Of a stretch of DNA of 64,000 bases, positions 1-9,680 are shown in pieces. This DNA is from Minisyncoccia bacterium (GTDB taxonomy: Bacteria > Patescibacteriota > Minisyncoccia > Phycocordibacterales > UBA9973). The notes beneath the pieces are model-generated. The model was not told where the DNA came from. It ran no database searches and saw only the letters and a list, made by a program, of their open reading frames with translations. The stretch's first letter is position 1; every line of letters starts with the position of its first letter. The translations under genes and the position numbers were made by a program. The DNA lies in contig JBBRTD010000001.1 in the NCBI GenBank assembly GCA_038244685.1, positions 67,009 to 131,008 of the forward strand, read 5' to 3'.

Positions 1-2351
1 ATAACATTCTTATACGCCTTTCCTCTACCCATCAGAATCCCAACAGCATGAAGTGTATAGAACCATCCACGAGTCTGATCAATGGCCTCACAAATAAAGT
101 CAGCGGGATATCCTTTTCCCTCTACAAGTTCTTTGTTTTCAAAAGGATAATGATCTTGAGAAAATGGCATTGTTCCTGAATCAAGCCAAACATCCATAAC
201 CTCCTTAGATCGAACAAGGTTACCACCACAACTACAAACAAGATCTACTTCATCAATAAAAGGACGATGTAGGTCGAGCTCAAAATTTTCATCATGAGGT
301 ATTGGGGTAAAATCAATTTCTCTGGCCTCGGCATTATTAAGATAATTAAAATTCTTAATCATATCAAGTGACTCTTTTGCTGTGTAACCTAAAGTTCCTG
401 CTATCGCAAGCCAACACGGACCACCATGAGTCACAATCAGAATATTTTTTCCTGCATATGTTTTCTCTATGCTATACAAAAATCCCATTGTTCTTTTCTT
501 AACATCATTATATGATTCATTTTCATTTTCAGGATGATAGAAACTCTCGACTGTATTTGGGTAATCCTTATGATACTCCTGCCAAGTCTTACCTTCATAC
601 ATAGGCAGTGACATTTCGTGCAGACGATCATCTATAATTATAGAATCTTTATCGATACCAATTACATTCGCTACTATTTCAGCTGTTTCTCTTGTTCTCA
701 AAAATGGTGAGCATAAAATTAAATCGATTTTTTTATCCTTTAATTCTTCTGCTCCCTTTGCAGCTTGATCTCTGCCCTTTTCTGTTAATTTATCTTGATT
801 ATTATATGAAGAACTGACTAAATCAAGAACATTATTATCTGCTTCACCATGCCTCATCACAAAATATTTATTACCAGATTTTTTAACTTTTGATTTTAAG
901 TCAGCAATACTACCAATAACTTCTATTTTTTTACAATCTTCACAACTCCAAACCGGAAGTGGTGAACCCCAATAACGCTCACGAGATATAGCCCAATCTT
1001 TTATTTCTCGAAGCCAATCACCAAAACGCCCTTCTTTAATATTGGAAGGCTCCCAATTTATTCCTTCGTTCTCTTCTACAAGCTTATCTTTTAAAGCTGA
1101 CATCTTGATATACCAAGAATCACGAGCGTAATATATAAGTGCTGTTTTACAACGCCAACAATGTGGGTATGAGTGCTCAAACTTTTCTTTCTTAAAGAGT
1201 AATCCTCTGTGCGCTAAATCTTTTATAATATCAATAGTAACATCTTCATCTCTGACAAACCTTCCAGTTAAAAAATCAGTCTCTGCCAAAAACTTTCCAT
1301 CAAGACCAACCATGTGATGTTTTGGCAAACCTAATTCATTACCTAAATTAAAGTCTTCAATACCATACATTACAGCAGTATGTACAACCCCTGTTCCATC
1401 TTCTGTCGTCACAAAGCCTGCCCCGTATACCTTAAAAGCCTTTCCCATTTTAAGTTTTTCAGAGTCAGAAATAGTATTTGAAAGATAAGGATATAAAGGT
1501 TCGTATTCTAAACCTATTAATTCCTTGCCTTTAAATTCTTCAATAATTTTATATTCACCCTCCAGCACAGAGATACGAGATTTCGCAAGAATATAAAATT
1601 CATTTTCTTTTTGTATTTTTAAGTAATCAATCTTCTCTCCTATTGCTAAGGCTACATTACCAGGAAGAGTCCAAGGAGTAGTTGTCCAAGCTAATATATA
1701 AGTATTCTCTTGTCCTTTTATTTTAAATTTTGCAGTTACAGATAAATCTTTTACATCAAGGTAACCCTGTGCAAGCTCGTGAGAAGAAAGCCCAGTACCA
1801 CACCTTGGGCACCATGGCACAACTTTGTAATCTTTATAAAGTAAACCTTGATCATTAACCTTTTTAATAACATTCCAAACTGATTCAATGTAATTATTAT
1901 GATAAGTTACATACGGATTTTCACTATCTACCCAGTAGCCAGTACGTTCAGTAAACTTCTCCCAAAGGTCTGTATACTCCCAAACACTTTCCTTGCACTC
2001 TTTATTAAACGAAGCTATTCCGTACTCTTCAATCGCCTTCTTCGAAGATAGACCCAATTTTTTCTCAACTTGAAGTTCTACAGCTAGGCCTTGTGTATCC
2101 CAGCCTGCCTTGCGACGAACATGAAACCCCTGCATTGTTTTATAACGTGGGATTGCATCTTTAAATGCTCTAGCTTCCAAGTGGTGAATTCCAGGCTTAC
2201 CATTGGCAGTCGGCGGACCTTCATAGAAAACGTACTCACCTTTTGGTGAAACTTTGTCTAAACTTTTTTTGAAAGTATCATTCTCTTTCCAGAATTTTAA
2301 AACCTCTTCTTCTCGCAGAGCACTATTTGATTTTGGGTTTTTATCGTCCAT
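1..2351 (-). CDS. ileS: Isoleucyl-tRNA synthetase (type 2), 5' part only (runs off the window). It carries an in-frame histidine-phosphatase-domain insertion (~310-878)
   Basis: Translated by hand from the minus strand. ATG at 2351 gives MDDKNPKSN...FYEGPPTANGKPGIHH...HVRRKAGWDTQGL (HIGH-region). Downstream motifs: HSYPHCWRCKTALIYYARDSWYI, DWAISRERYWGSPLPVWSCEDC, DVWLDSGTMP and ADFICEAIDQTRGWFYTLH. No stop codon to position 1. The segment between the zinc knuckle and HRPFIDEVDLVCSCGG encodes RHGE...LCSPFLRTRETAEI...IIIDDRLHE...ILIVTHGGPCW. Not in the ORF track because it is truncated at the window edge. Confidence 0.9.
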   Translation of the reverse strand, partial: MDDKNPKSNSALREEEVLKFWKENDTFKKSLDKVSPKGEYVFYEGPPTANGKPGIHHLEARAFKDAIPRYKTMQGFHVRRKAGWDTQGLAVELQVEKKLGLSSKKAIEEYGIASFNKECKESVWEYTDLWEKFTERTGYWVDSENPYVTYHNNYIESVWNVIKKVNDQGLLYKDYKVVPWCPRCGTGLSSHELAQGYLDVKDLSVTAKFKIKGQENTYILAWTTTPWTLPGNVALAIGEKIDYLKIQKENEFYILAKSRISVLEGEYKIIEEFKGKELIGLEYEPLYPYLSNTISDSEKLKMGKAFKVYGAGFVTTEDGTGVVHTAVMYGIEDFNLGNELGLPKHHMVGLDGKFLAETDFLTGRFVRDEDVTIDIIKDLAHRGLLFKKEKFEHSYPHCWRCKTALIYYARDSWYIKMSALKDKLVEENEGINWEPSNIKEGRFGDWLREIKDWAISRERYWGSPLPVWSCEDCKKIEVIGSIADLKSKVKKSGNKYFVMRHGEADNNVLDLVSSSYNNQDKLTEKGRDQAAKGAEELKDKKIDLILCSPFLRTRETAEIVANVIGIDKDSIIIDDRLHEMSLPMYEGKTWQEYHKDYPNTVESFYHPENENESYNDVKKRTMGFLYSIEKTYAGKNILIVTHGGPCWLAIAGTLGYTAKESLDMIKNFNYLNNAEAREIDFTPIPHDENFELDLHRPFIDEVDLVCSCGGNLVRSKEVMDVWLDSGTMPFSQDHYPFENKELVEGKGYPADFICEAIDQTRGWFYTLHAVGILMGRGKAYKNV

Positions 2352-2489
2352 AATATTTTTACAATAATTAAATTAATAAATTTAAGTAAAAATTTTTCGA
2401 GTGAGCCACTGCGGAGGCTGCCGAGCCGAGCAATGAGGAAAATTTCAGTAGAAATTTATCCGTTGGCGAATCCGAAAATATTTTTACGT

Positions 2490-2690
2490 AAATGAAACAA
2501 AAAAACTCGTCCATATACAACAATCATAAAATTGTTATACAAGGACGAGCTTCTCTCGTGGTACCACCTCGTTTACTTCTCATTTATAGGGTTCTACTTA
2601 CCAATTAAGGATTTCTTCCCAAATGCTCCAAGGTGATGGCCTCTTCACTGCATATATTCAAATAATACCAATATAAACAAAAATTGCAAG
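2490..2690 (-). promoter_or_regulatory. T-box riboswitch leader of ileS (terminator/antiterminator pair plus upstream stem I region)
   Basis: On the minus strand there is AACGAGGUGGUACCACGAGAGAAGCUCGUCC, which matches the T-box core GGUGGNACC (coordinates 2543-2575). It overlaps an intrinsic terminator GCUCGUCC...GGACGAG followed by UUUUUUUG (2497-2550). The 340-nt untranslated gap lies between the argS stop and the ileS start. A GAAAUC segment upstream could be an Ile specifier. Confidence 0.6.
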
Positions 2691-2691
2691 A

Positions 2692-4458
2692 TTACATTCT
2701 CTCTGGGATTTCTATCCCCAATAGCCAAAGACCGTTTTTCATAGTCTGACAAAATGCTTTTATCAAATTTAAATGATAGGCCATGTAAGTATTTTCTTCT
2801 TTTAGAATGAGTGTGTTCCCGTAAAAAGTATTAAATGAACTCGCAAGCTCAGTTAGATACGTTGCTATATGGTGAGGTTCAAGTGACTCATATGAGTACT
2901 CAACAACTTCAGAAAATTTATATAATGATTTTTCTAAATCAGTTACAACTTCGGGAATTTCATTCTTATTATCCAAATTAAAACTTTCTGATTTTACAAG
3001 AATAGAATTAGCTCGAACAGCTGTGTATTGTAAGTATGGTCCTGAATCCCCTTCGAATGAAATAGACTTCTCAAAATCGTAAATTATATCACTACCTAGT
3101 GATGATCTTAATATTGAATACTTTAAAGCAGCGACTCCAATAATTTCAGAAATTTTTTTCTTTTCTTCTATCCCCATTTCTCTTTCTTTCATCTTCTCTA
3201 AAACTACATCCATAGAATCTCTAAGAAGTGATTCACCAGTAACAACGTTTCCTTTTCTTGAAGACATTTTCCCTGTGGAGAGTTTCATCATACCGTGTGT
3301 GATATGCTTCATTCTTGATTCTAAATCTGGATGCATCAGTGATATCGCTTTCTGAACAACCTTCATATACTCTGCCTGTTCTATGGCTGTTGTAATAATA
3401 GAAATATCTGGATTCTCTTTTTCAAATTTAGTGATAGTTAAACCAACTTCTTTTGTTTCATAAGTCGGCAAGCCTTGAGAGTTTATAAAAACTCTAGTAT
3501 GTAATTTCTTATCATAATTCTCACCATGGAAAACAATTGCTCCGTTTGATTCTTCAAAAACAGGGCCAACATTATCTCTAACAATTTTCTCTCCAATTGG
3601 AGCCATTTCACTTTCAAAGAAATAGTAATCAAATTTAGTTCCAAGTAATTTATATATTTCTTCGAAAGCTTCAAGGGTTATTTTTCTACCCCAATCATAA
3701 ATTTTATTTATTTCTTCATCGCTTCTTTCGTAAACTTTTTTATTTATATTTTCAATTTCTTTTTTTGCTTCTTCCTCTGTATCATAAAAATTACTTCCTT
3801 TTGAATAACAATCACCTATATATTGAGCTTGTTCTGTAATGGTTTTACTCTGGTCTGGAAGTCCTGCCTTCATAATCCCATATATAGCCTTTGCTACATG
3901 CGGTCCTACGTCACCCTGATAGTTAGCTCGGACAGTTTTTGCCCCTCCGAATTCCACTATTCGGGAAATAGATTCACCTATTGAGTTGGCCATTAAGTGC
4001 CCAATATGAAAAGGCTTAAAAGGGTTTGGATCGGTATATTCCACCATAACTTTTTTACCATCGAGAATTTTATTCTTTCCCCAATCATCTCCTTTATTTA
4101 AAATATCATTGATACTACCCGCAAAAAATTCTCGTGACAAATAAAAGTTTATAAATCCAGGACCAGCAACTTCTATTTTTGAAATTTCTTTAGTTAAATC
4201 TTTTTCTAATTCAGTTTTAATTTTTTCAGCTAAATCTCTTGGATTTTTAATATTATCCAAATTCGGACGTGACCAGATAATTGTTCCGACATGACTATCT
4301 ACGGCCTTTGCTAGTTCTCTCATTGATGACATTGCCACATTCGTTGAATAGTCTCCATTCTTAAAATCATCAGGATGTTCAACGGCAAAAGAAATATCAT
4401 CTGCAATGCCGATAATTCTGAGAACTTCTTTAATTTTATTTTCTATAATATTTTTCAT
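2692..4458 (-). CDS. argS: Arginyl-tRNA synthetase (likely start at MKNIIENK, 17 codons inside the tracked ORF)
   Basis: N-terminal MKNIIENKIKEVL... and class I motif FHIGHLMANSIGESISRI. Length ~588 aa. The stop lies immediately before the ileS leader. Confidence 0.9.
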   Translation of the reverse strand: MKNIIENKIKEVLRIIGIADDISFAVEHPDDFKNGDYSTNVAMSSMRELAKAVDSHVGTIIWSRPNLDNIKNPRDLAEKIKTELEKDLTKEISKIEVAGPGFINFYLSREFFAGSINDILNKGDDWGKNKILDGKKVMVEYTDPNPFKPFHIGHLMANSIGESISRIVEFGGAKTVRANYQGDVGPHVAKAIYGIMKAGLPDQSKTITEQAQYIGDCYSKGSNFYDTEEEAKKEIENINKKVYERSDEEINKIYDWGRKITLEAFEEIYKLLGTKFDYYFFESEMAPIGEKIVRDNVGPVFEESNGAIVFHGENYDKKLHTRVFINSQGLPTYETKEVGLTITKFEKENPDISIITTAIEQAEYMKVVQKAISLMHPDLESRMKHITHGMMKLSTGKMSSRKGNVVTGESLLRDSMDVVLEKMKEREMGIEEKKKISEIIGVAALKYSILRSSLGSDIIYDFEKSISFEGDSGPYLQYTAVRANSILVKSESFNLDNKNEIPEVVTDLEKSLYKFSEVVEYSYESLEPHHIATYLTELASSFNTFYGNTLILKEENTYMAYHLNLIKAFCQTMKNGLWLLGIEIPERM

Positions 4459-4459
4459 T

Positions 4460-4882
4460 CTATTTCTTACCAGTACTTCCAAATGCCCCTTGCCCCCGAG
4501 CTGATTCACTTAATGTATCAGAAACATCCAATTCTGCAATAGCTACGGGAAAAATAACTATCTGTGATACCTTATCTCCCTCTTCTATAGTATAAGGCTT
4601 ATCCGATAAATTTACTAAGTGAGTATTATATTCGCCTCTAAATCCTGCATCAAAAACTCCCCCCATAGAGTGCAACCCAGCTTTTGAAATACTACTTTTA
4701 TCTTTAACAATAGCAGCATAACCAATCGGAAACTCCAAAGAAAAACCATGCAAAAAGAAGTGGTGTTCTCCAGGATTAACAGTGTATGTTTCCATAGCAT
4801 ACATATCCATACCGACATCCCCCGGGTGAGAGTAAGTAGGCAGTTTGGCATTCTCTTTTAATTTTTTAATTTTGATTTTCAT
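4460..4882 (-). CDS. dut: dUTP diphosphatase
   Basis: GDVGMDMY, KSSISKAG, GVFDAGFRGE and RGQGAFGSTG (trimeric dUTPase motifs 1-5). Confidence 0.9.
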   Translation of the reverse strand: MKIKIKKLKENAKLPTYSHPGDVGMDMYAMETYTVNPGEHHFFLHGFSLEFPIGYAAIVKDKSSISKAGLHSMGGVFDAGFRGEYNTHLVNLSDKPYTIEEGDKVSQIVIFPVAIAELDVSDTLSESARGQGAFGSTGKK

Positions 4883-4884
4883 AA

Positions 4885-5361
4885 TTAATTAAATATTTCA
4901 GTGTGTTTACTAAAATTTTTGAGAAAAATTTCTGGTTTCTCTTCTAATAATTTTTCTAATTCATCTCTTAAAAACCATTTTATTTTTTCAACTTCCTCAT
5001 CTTGTTTTATAAATAAATAGTCACGACTAACAACAGCAGTAAACCATTGAACTATACAATTATAAGCACGAACCTTGGGTCCAATATTAAATATTAACCC
5101 AGTTAACCCTATCTCTTCCTCTGCTTCTTTTATAATGTTTGATTGGTATGTTTCACCTTCCTCAACAGTACCAGCAACCGCTGGACCCCACAATCCTGGA
5201 TCATGTTTTTTAACGAAAGCTCTCTGAGCAAGAAGAATATTGCCATCTTTATCTGTAAGCCATAGACCAGTTGCACGAATAAGATCTTTTTCAGTATTTA
5301 TATCATTCCTTTCCTTATAACCTATTATTTCATCTTGTTCATTTACAATTGGAATTCTCAT
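4885..5361 (-). CDS. Nudix hydrolase
   Basis: Nudix box GTVEEGETYQSNIIKEAEEEIGL. Confidence 0.7.
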   Translation of the reverse strand: MRIPIVNEQDEIIGYKERNDINTEKDLIRATGLWLTDKDGNILLAQRAFVKKHDPGLWGPAVAGTVEEGETYQSNIIKEAEEEIGLTGLIFNIGPKVRAYNCIVQWFTAVVSRDYLFIKQDEEVEKIKWFLRDELEKLLEEKPEIFLKNFSKHTEIFN

Positions 5362-5362
5362 A

Positions 5363-6073
5363 TTATTTTAATATTTTTAAAACATTATTATATACTTCTT
5401 CGTGAATATCTTCTCTTGTGCGAAGTTTATCTTTTTTTACACAATCAACCTTGCACCAATTAGCTTGATTTTTAGCTAACCACATAGCACTGTTGTAAGA
5501 ATTCATCATAAATTTTGCATCCTTTTCATGAACATCTTTCTTTTTTCCAAGATAGGCACGGTCTGCATTTTTATTTCTTTCTTTTAATAACTTCTTAACG
5601 AAAGGCATTGGAACACTTAAGTAAAATACAATATTGGGTCTTGGTATTCCGAAAACTCTATGTTCCATATCATCTAACCATCTTAGAAAATCTTGACGCT
5701 TTTTTAAGCTACTTATTTTACCTCCTTGATGTATCTGGTTTGCACTTACATACCTATTGGCAATAACCATGTATCCCTTTTTTAGCCAAAGTTCAATCTT
5801 TTCTTTCGATTCAAACCTATCTGCTGCATATAAAACTGAGGCAATCTTCGGATGAACATTTATAAAGTTAAAATATTGTTCAGATAAACAATGTCCAATA
5901 AAAGCCCCAAAGAAATTTTTATAGTATTCAGGGAAATCCACCATTCGAACCTCGTATCCTTCATTTTTGAGACGGTTAATAAGTAAATCTACTTGTGTCG
6001 CCTTTCCACTGCCGTCCGTCCCATCTATTACGATAAGCTTACCTTTTTTATTTCTTTTTTTATTCTTTATCAT
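5363..6073 (-). CDS. tmk: Thymidylate (dTMP) kinase
   Basis: P-loop LIVIDGTDGSGKATQ, LYAADRF and NRYVSANQIHQGG (DRY/AYQG-like). ~236 aa. Confidence 0.75.
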   Translation of the reverse strand: MIKNKKRNKKGKLIVIDGTDGSGKATQVDLLINRLKNEGYEVRMVDFPEYYKNFFGAFIGHCLSEQYFNFINVHPKIASVLYAADRFESKEKIELWLKKGYMVIANRYVSANQIHQGGKISSLKKRQDFLRWLDDMEHRVFGIPRPNIVFYLSVPMPFVKKLLKERNKNADRAYLGKKKDVHEKDAKFMMNSYNSAMWLAKNQANWCKVDCVKKDKLRTREDIHEEVYNNVLKILK

Positions 6074-6488
6074 AATAGTTTTTTCCTGTTTTGTATGAAT
6101 CTATTAAAACCTCCGACGGATAAAAAAGAGGTGAAGGAAGATTATCTAATTCATACCATCCCCATCCATCACATTTATCCTCCTCCATAATTCGAGCCTC
6201 CCCACTCTCCCATTCTGCTGATAAACCAATTAAAGTATCTTGCCTATTTTCGTGCCTGTCTATATTTGCTGCACATAAAAATTTAATATTTTTAATTATT
6301 ATTCCTGCTTCTTCTAAGGTCTCTCTCTTAGCACAAAATTCGAATGATTCCTTGAACTCTAAATGACCCCCGGTAAAAGAATACTCACCTCTCCCGTGAG
6401 AACCTTTTCTTTTGCCAAGTAATATTTTTCCATCTTTAAAAATCATTACACCAACACAAGATTTTGGTCTTTTTTCTTTATCAGACAT
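6060..6488 (-). CDS. Nudix hydrolase
   Basis: GGHLEFKESFEFCAKRETLEEAGI Nudix box. Confidence 0.75.
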   Translation of the reverse strand: MSDKEKRPKSCVGVMIFKDGKILLGKRKGSHGRGEYSFTGGHLEFKESFEFCAKRETLEEAGIIIKNIKFLCAANIDRHENRQDTLIGLSAEWESGEARIMEEDKCDGWGWYELDNLPSPLFYPSEVLIDSYKTGKNYYDKE

Positions 6489-6490
6489 AA

Positions 6491-7666
6491 TTATTTACCT
6501 CTTAAAACTTTATCCATTCTTATCGCTAGTTTAATCATATCTGCTTCTTTCTTGCCGCGAGTTGTCTCGGCGTAAGTTCCCAAACGAATTCCAGATGGAT
6601 CCATAACTCCACGAGGATCTCCTGGAATAGTATTCATATTTACAATAATTCCTGCCTTTTCAAGTTTAATACTTGCCTCTTTGCCGGGAAGACCTGTTCC
6701 ATCCATCCATGTATCCATTAAAATTAAATGTGAATCTGTCCCGCCAGAAATAATGTGCCATCCTAATTTTTGTAATTCCTTTGCTAAAACTTTTGCATTC
6801 TTTACAACTTGCTTAGCATAAGTCTTAAATTCAGGTTTAGAATCTTCAAGAAGGGCCACCGCTGTTGCGGCAATACTATTCTCATGTGGACCACCAAATA
6901 GTCCTGGTATTATCATTTTATCAATTTTCTTATCAAATTCTCTTGCGTCCTTTTTCACAAACAAAAGTGCATGTCTTGGACCACGTAGAGATTTGTGAAC
7001 TGTCATCATAACAGAATCAGCATATGGAAATGGTGATGGATATACTCCCCCAGCAACAAGTCCCGCGAAATGAGAAATGTCAGCATGTAGAAGTGCTCCA
7101 CAGCTATCTGCAATTTCTCTAAATTTTTTAAAATCAACAATCCTAGGGTATGCAGTAAAACCACAAACAATTATATCTGGCTTCTCTGCTATCGCTAAGT
7201 TTTTGAGTGCTTCATAATCTATAACTTCCGTCTCTTTATTAAGTTCAAACTGCAATGGCTTCCATAGCTTACCTGTCATTGAAGCTGGATGACCATGAGT
7301 TAAATGTCCTCCCGATGAAAGCTTCATGCCCATAATTTTTCCACCAATTGGAACAAGTGCGGAGTAGAGCGCAAAGTTTGCAGGAGAGCCTGAAAGAGGT
7401 TGAACATTTACATGCCATTCTTCTTTTTTTAATTTAAATAACTTTAAAGCCCTCTCCATACAAAGTAGCTCAACTTTATCAACAATCTCATTTCCACCAT
7501 AATATCTCTTACCTGGATAACCTTCTGCGTATTTATTTGTTAGCTTAGAACCAAGAGCTTTTAATACATCTGAAGATACAATGTTCTCTGATGCTATAAG
7601 ATTAGTAACACTCTTCTGCCTCTTTTCCTCCTCTTTTATTAGCTTCTCTATTTGTTTATCGTGCAT
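6491..7666 (-). CDS. glyA: Serine hydroxymethyltransferase
   Basis: LIASENIVSSDVLKALGSKLTNKYAEGYPGKRYYGG, VNVQPLSGSPANFALY and TTHKSLRGPR. Confidence 0.9.
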   Translation of the reverse strand: MHDKQIEKLIKEEEKRQKSVTNLIASENIVSSDVLKALGSKLTNKYAEGYPGKRYYGGNEIVDKVELLCMERALKLFKLKKEEWHVNVQPLSGSPANFALYSALVPIGGKIMGMKLSSGGHLTHGHPASMTGKLWKPLQFELNKETEVIDYEALKNLAIAEKPDIIVCGFTAYPRIVDFKKFREIADSCGALLHADISHFAGLVAGGVYPSPFPYADSVMMTVHKSLRGPRHALLFVKKDAREFDKKIDKMIIPGLFGGPHENSIAATAVALLEDSKPEFKTYAKQVVKNAKVLAKELQKLGWHIISGGTDSHLILMDTWMDGTGLPGKEASIKLEKAGIIVNMNTIPGDPRGVMDPSGIRLGTYAETTRGKKEADMIKLAIRMDKVLRGK

Positions 7667-7798
7667 AATATTGATGATAAATTAGATTTGTAATGTATTG
7701 ATTTTAACATAATTGGCGGAAAATATGAAAAGAGCCCTAATGGACTGCATTTTTAACATAAGGTTTACCGTATAAAAAAATGGTAGTATACTAAGCTT

Positions 7799-8740
7799 AT
7801 GCAAAATAATCACGTAGATCTTATTTATCTTGATCTTATTGAACGTATCAAAAGAGAAGGAGTAGAAAAAGGTGACCGTACAGGTACAGGAACAATTTCT
7901 ATTTTTGGACATCAGATGCGTTTTGATTTATCTAAGGGTTTCCCTTTATTAACAACTAAGAAAGTTCCTATCAAAGCTATTATCCATGAACTACTCTGGT
8001 TTATGCGAGGTGATACTAATTTAAAATATTTAGCAGATAACAATGTTCATATCTGGGATGAGTGGCCATTTAAAGCTTACTTAACACAGGAAGGTAAACC
8101 AATGCCAAAAGTTGGAAGTGAAGAGTGGAGTTCTGGAATAAAAGAATTCATCGAAAAAATAAAAACTGATCCAGAGTTTGCCAAAAAATATGGAGAACTC
8201 GGACCGATCTATGGCTCACAATGGCGATGCTGGAAGAATCAAGATAATACTTGTCTTGATCAACTTTCTAACGCTATAGAAACAATAAAAACAAATCCTA
8301 ATTCACGACGCATAATTGTTTCAGCATGGAATGTTGCTGATATAGATGAAATGGCCAAGGCTGGACTTCCCCCTTGTCATTTACTCTTTCAATTTTATGT
8401 TGCTAATGGAAAATTATCATGCCAACTTTATCAAAGAAGCTGTGATACATTTTTAGGTGTTCCTTTTAATATCGCTTCTTACGCATTACTAGTAATGATT
8501 GTGGCTCAAGTAACAGGATTAGAACCAGGAGAATTTGTTTGGACTGGTGGAGATGTTCATTTATATTTAAACCATCTTGAACAAGCTGATATTCAACTTT
8601 CCCGAAAAAATGATATAAGACCAATGCCAACTATGAAAATAAATCCTGATAAAAAAAATATTGCAGATTTTACAATTGATGATTTTGAACTAGTCGGTTA
8701 CAATCCTCATGATTCAATAAAAGCACCTATTGCTGTATAA
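7799..8740 (+). CDS. thyA: Thymidylate synthase (long, Lactobacillus-type with insert)
   Basis: [51 protein letters not shown]. 313 aa. Confidence 0.9.
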   Translation: MQNNHVDLIYLDLIERIKREGVEKGDRTGTGTISIFGHQMRFDLSKGFPLLTTKKVPIKAIIHELLWFMRGDTNLKYLADNNVHIWDEWPFKAYLTQEGKPMPKVGSEEWSSGIKEFIEKIKTDPEFAKKYGELGPIYGSQWRCWKNQDNTCLDQLSNAIETIKTNPNSRRIIVSAWNVADIDEMAKAGLPPCHLLFQFYVANGKLSCQLYQRSCDTFLGVPFNIASYALLVMIVAQVTGLEPGEFVWTGGDVHLYLNHLEQADIQLSRKNDIRPMPTMKINPDKKNIADFTIDDFELVGYNPHDSIKAPIAV

Positions 8741-8745
8741 AATAT

Positions 8746-9270
8746 ATGATACTATCTATAATCTCAGCAATCGCTAATAACAATGAAATTGGAAGGAAGA
8801 ATGAACTTCTTTGGAATTTGCCGATTGATATGAAGCATTTCAAAGAGACTACTACTGGTCACCCTGTCATTATGGGTCAAAAAACTTTCGAATCTTTAGG
8901 TAAAACAAAAGAAGGATTACTTGGCCGCCCGCTTCCAAACAGAAGAAATATTGTAATAACCCTAGATAAAGATTTCAAAAGAGAAGATTGTGAAGTTGTT
9001 TACTCCACAGATGAACTAGATCAACTTTTAAAAACAACAATGGATGATACTGAGGAGGCCTTCATAATCGGTGGAGGGCAAATATATAAATTATTTATAG
9101 ACAAAGCAGATAGATTATATATCACACATGTAAATGCTGAATTCCCTGATGCTGATACTCTCTTCCCTACTATTGATTTAAATAAATGGAAAGTGAAGCA
9201 AGAGGACAAGCATGAAAAAAATGAGAATAATATATTTGATTGTAATTTTGTAATCTACGAGAAGAAATAA
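8746..9270 (+). CDS. folA: Dihydrofolate reductase
   Basis: MILSIISAIANNNEIGRKNELLWNLPIDMKHFKETTTGHPVIMGQKTFESLG and GGGQIYKLF. 5-nt gap after thyA. Confidence 0.85.
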   Translation: MILSIISAIANNNEIGRKNELLWNLPIDMKHFKETTTGHPVIMGQKTFESLGKTKEGLLGRPLPNRRNIVITLDKDFKREDCEVVYSTDELDQLLKTTMDDTEEAFIIGGGQIYKLFIDKADRLYITHVNAEFPDADTLFPTIDLNKWKVKQEDKHEKNENNIFDCNFVIYEKK

Positions 9271-9292
9271 TAAAGAAAGTAGTAGCAAATAA

Positions 9293-9340
9293 AAAACAGA
9301 GGGTGGACATCTTACGTAGATGTACACCCTCTGTTTTTTA
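9293..9340. terminator. Bidirectional intrinsic terminator (folA convergent with the MazG-like gene)
   Basis: AAACAGAGGGTGGACATCT-tacg-AGATGTACACCCTCTGTTTTTT long hairpin with flanking A and T tracts. Confidence 0.7.
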
Positions 9341-9346
9341 TTTGTT

Positions 9347-9676
9347 TTATGGATCTACTTCTGTTTTCTCTCTTATAAAAATATCCTTACCATCTGGGGT
9401 TTTTGATTTTATGTACTTACGATATTTATTTTTCTCTATTTTTTCAACTAATTCTTTTTCTAAGTCGTAGCCAAGTATTTCACAAATACCAAGTAAAAAA
9501 ATCGCAACATCGGCAAATTCTTCAGCTGTTCCATCTTGATTCTTATTAAATTTAGAAAATGCCTCAGAAAGTTCCTCATGAGCGCGACAAAACTCAATAG
9601 CTACGTCTGTAGTATTAAATCCCTTTTCTATTTTATTCCTCATTACTTCTTTTTGTAATTCTTTAAGATCTACCAT
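9347..9676 (-). CDS. MazG-like nucleoside triphosphate pyrophosphohydrolase (all-alpha NTP-PPase)
   Basis: EFCRAHEELSEAF...EEFADVAIFLLGICEILGYDLE pattern typical of MazG/HisE-type NTP-PPases. Confidence 0.6.
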   Translation of the reverse strand: MVDLKELQKEVMRNKIEKGFNTTDVAIEFCRAHEELSEAFSKFNKNQDGTAEEFADVAIFLLGICEILGYDLEKELVEKIEKNKYRKYIKSKTPDGKDIFIREKTEVDP

Positions 9677-9680
9677 ATAT

